DNA of 45,132 nt, from positions 1 through 45,132 of the forward strand of contig CAYRHS010000003.1 in the NCBI GenBank assembly GCA_964424125.1, written 5' to 3'. The notes beneath the pieces are model-generated. The model did not search any database. It had not been told where the DNA came from and was given only the letters and a program-made list of their open reading frames with translations. The DNA comes from an uncultured Burkholderiales bacterium (lineage in GTDB: Bacteria; Actinomycetota; Acidimicrobiia; IMCC26256; JAOSJL01). This document shows positions 44,916-45,132 of this stretch, piece by piece; within the stretch, counting starts at the first letter, position 1; each line of letters opens with the position of its first letter. Both the position numbers and the translations under genes were made by a program.

Positions 44916-45132
44916 GCACGGCGGACAACCGAGTGGTGCCAAGATGATCTTCATCGACGTGGTACATGTCCCGATCTGGGCTTGACTCGCGTTATCAGCG
45001 TGGTGCTCGCGGTCACGGTGATCGCTTCGCTTCGCAGTGATTCGAGTCGGGCCACCGTCCTCCCCTCCGGCAACCGGGGCGGTGCTCCCGACCACAGCCC
45101 GCACCACAGTGCGCACGTGAGGCTCGACGAAT

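Noticed and set aside
44895-45116. 73-aa minus-strand ORF and a plus-strand GTG-initiated frame (45000 onward) at the window edge
   Set aside because: Neither shows a recognisable motif, a convincing codon bias or an SD. The window ends before the plus-strand frame can be judged.
1-45132. Search for CRISPR repeats, tRNA/rRNA genes, IS elements, integrases, toxin-antitoxin pairs or defence-system signatures
   Set aside because: No regularly spaced repeats were seen, no low-GC structured RNA-like islands beyond the two promoter regions, and no transposase, integrase or nuclease-helicase defence-type ORFs among the recognisable translations.

Overview
High-GC actinobacterial chromosomal core, almost fully coding, with 44 intact CDS plus one 5'-truncated (recA). 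It shows the conserved actinobacterial synteny: recA (3' end), miaB-miaA-dapF-hflX, then lexA divergent from a LysM/ChiZ-like gene, then nrdR and the class II reductase nrdJ. A succinylase-branch DAP cluster (dapC-dapD-dapE) sits between the hflX and lexA blocks. The rest is housekeeping or metabolic: a MacB-type ABC pair, BNR-repeat protein, cupin, DsbA-like protein, crotonase, TMEM175-like channel, rmuC, msrB, LMW phosphatase, PepF, two alpha/beta hydrolases, a secreted lipase, an Opp/Dpp-type peptide ABC operon with two tandem binding-protein paralogues, and a DHFR-like protein. I found no tRNA, rRNA, CRISPR array, transposase, integrase or recognisable defence system, so I cannot honestly claim a clear new system here. 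The best unknown-function candidate is a three-gene tail (flavin-reductase-like, CPG2-like M20 peptidase, uncharacterised P-loop protein) translationally coupled to dapE. Regulatory findings are four LexA-type boxes around lexA and the LysM gene, and a near-consensus promoter plus tandem NrdR boxes for nrdJ. Two genes (an ABC ATPase and miaA) appear to need a non-canonical ATC start. There are three decayed loci: an AlkD-like pseudogene, a solute-binding-protein relic, and a frameshifted small ORF. All functional calls come from motif recognition in the supplied translations. No database search was run.
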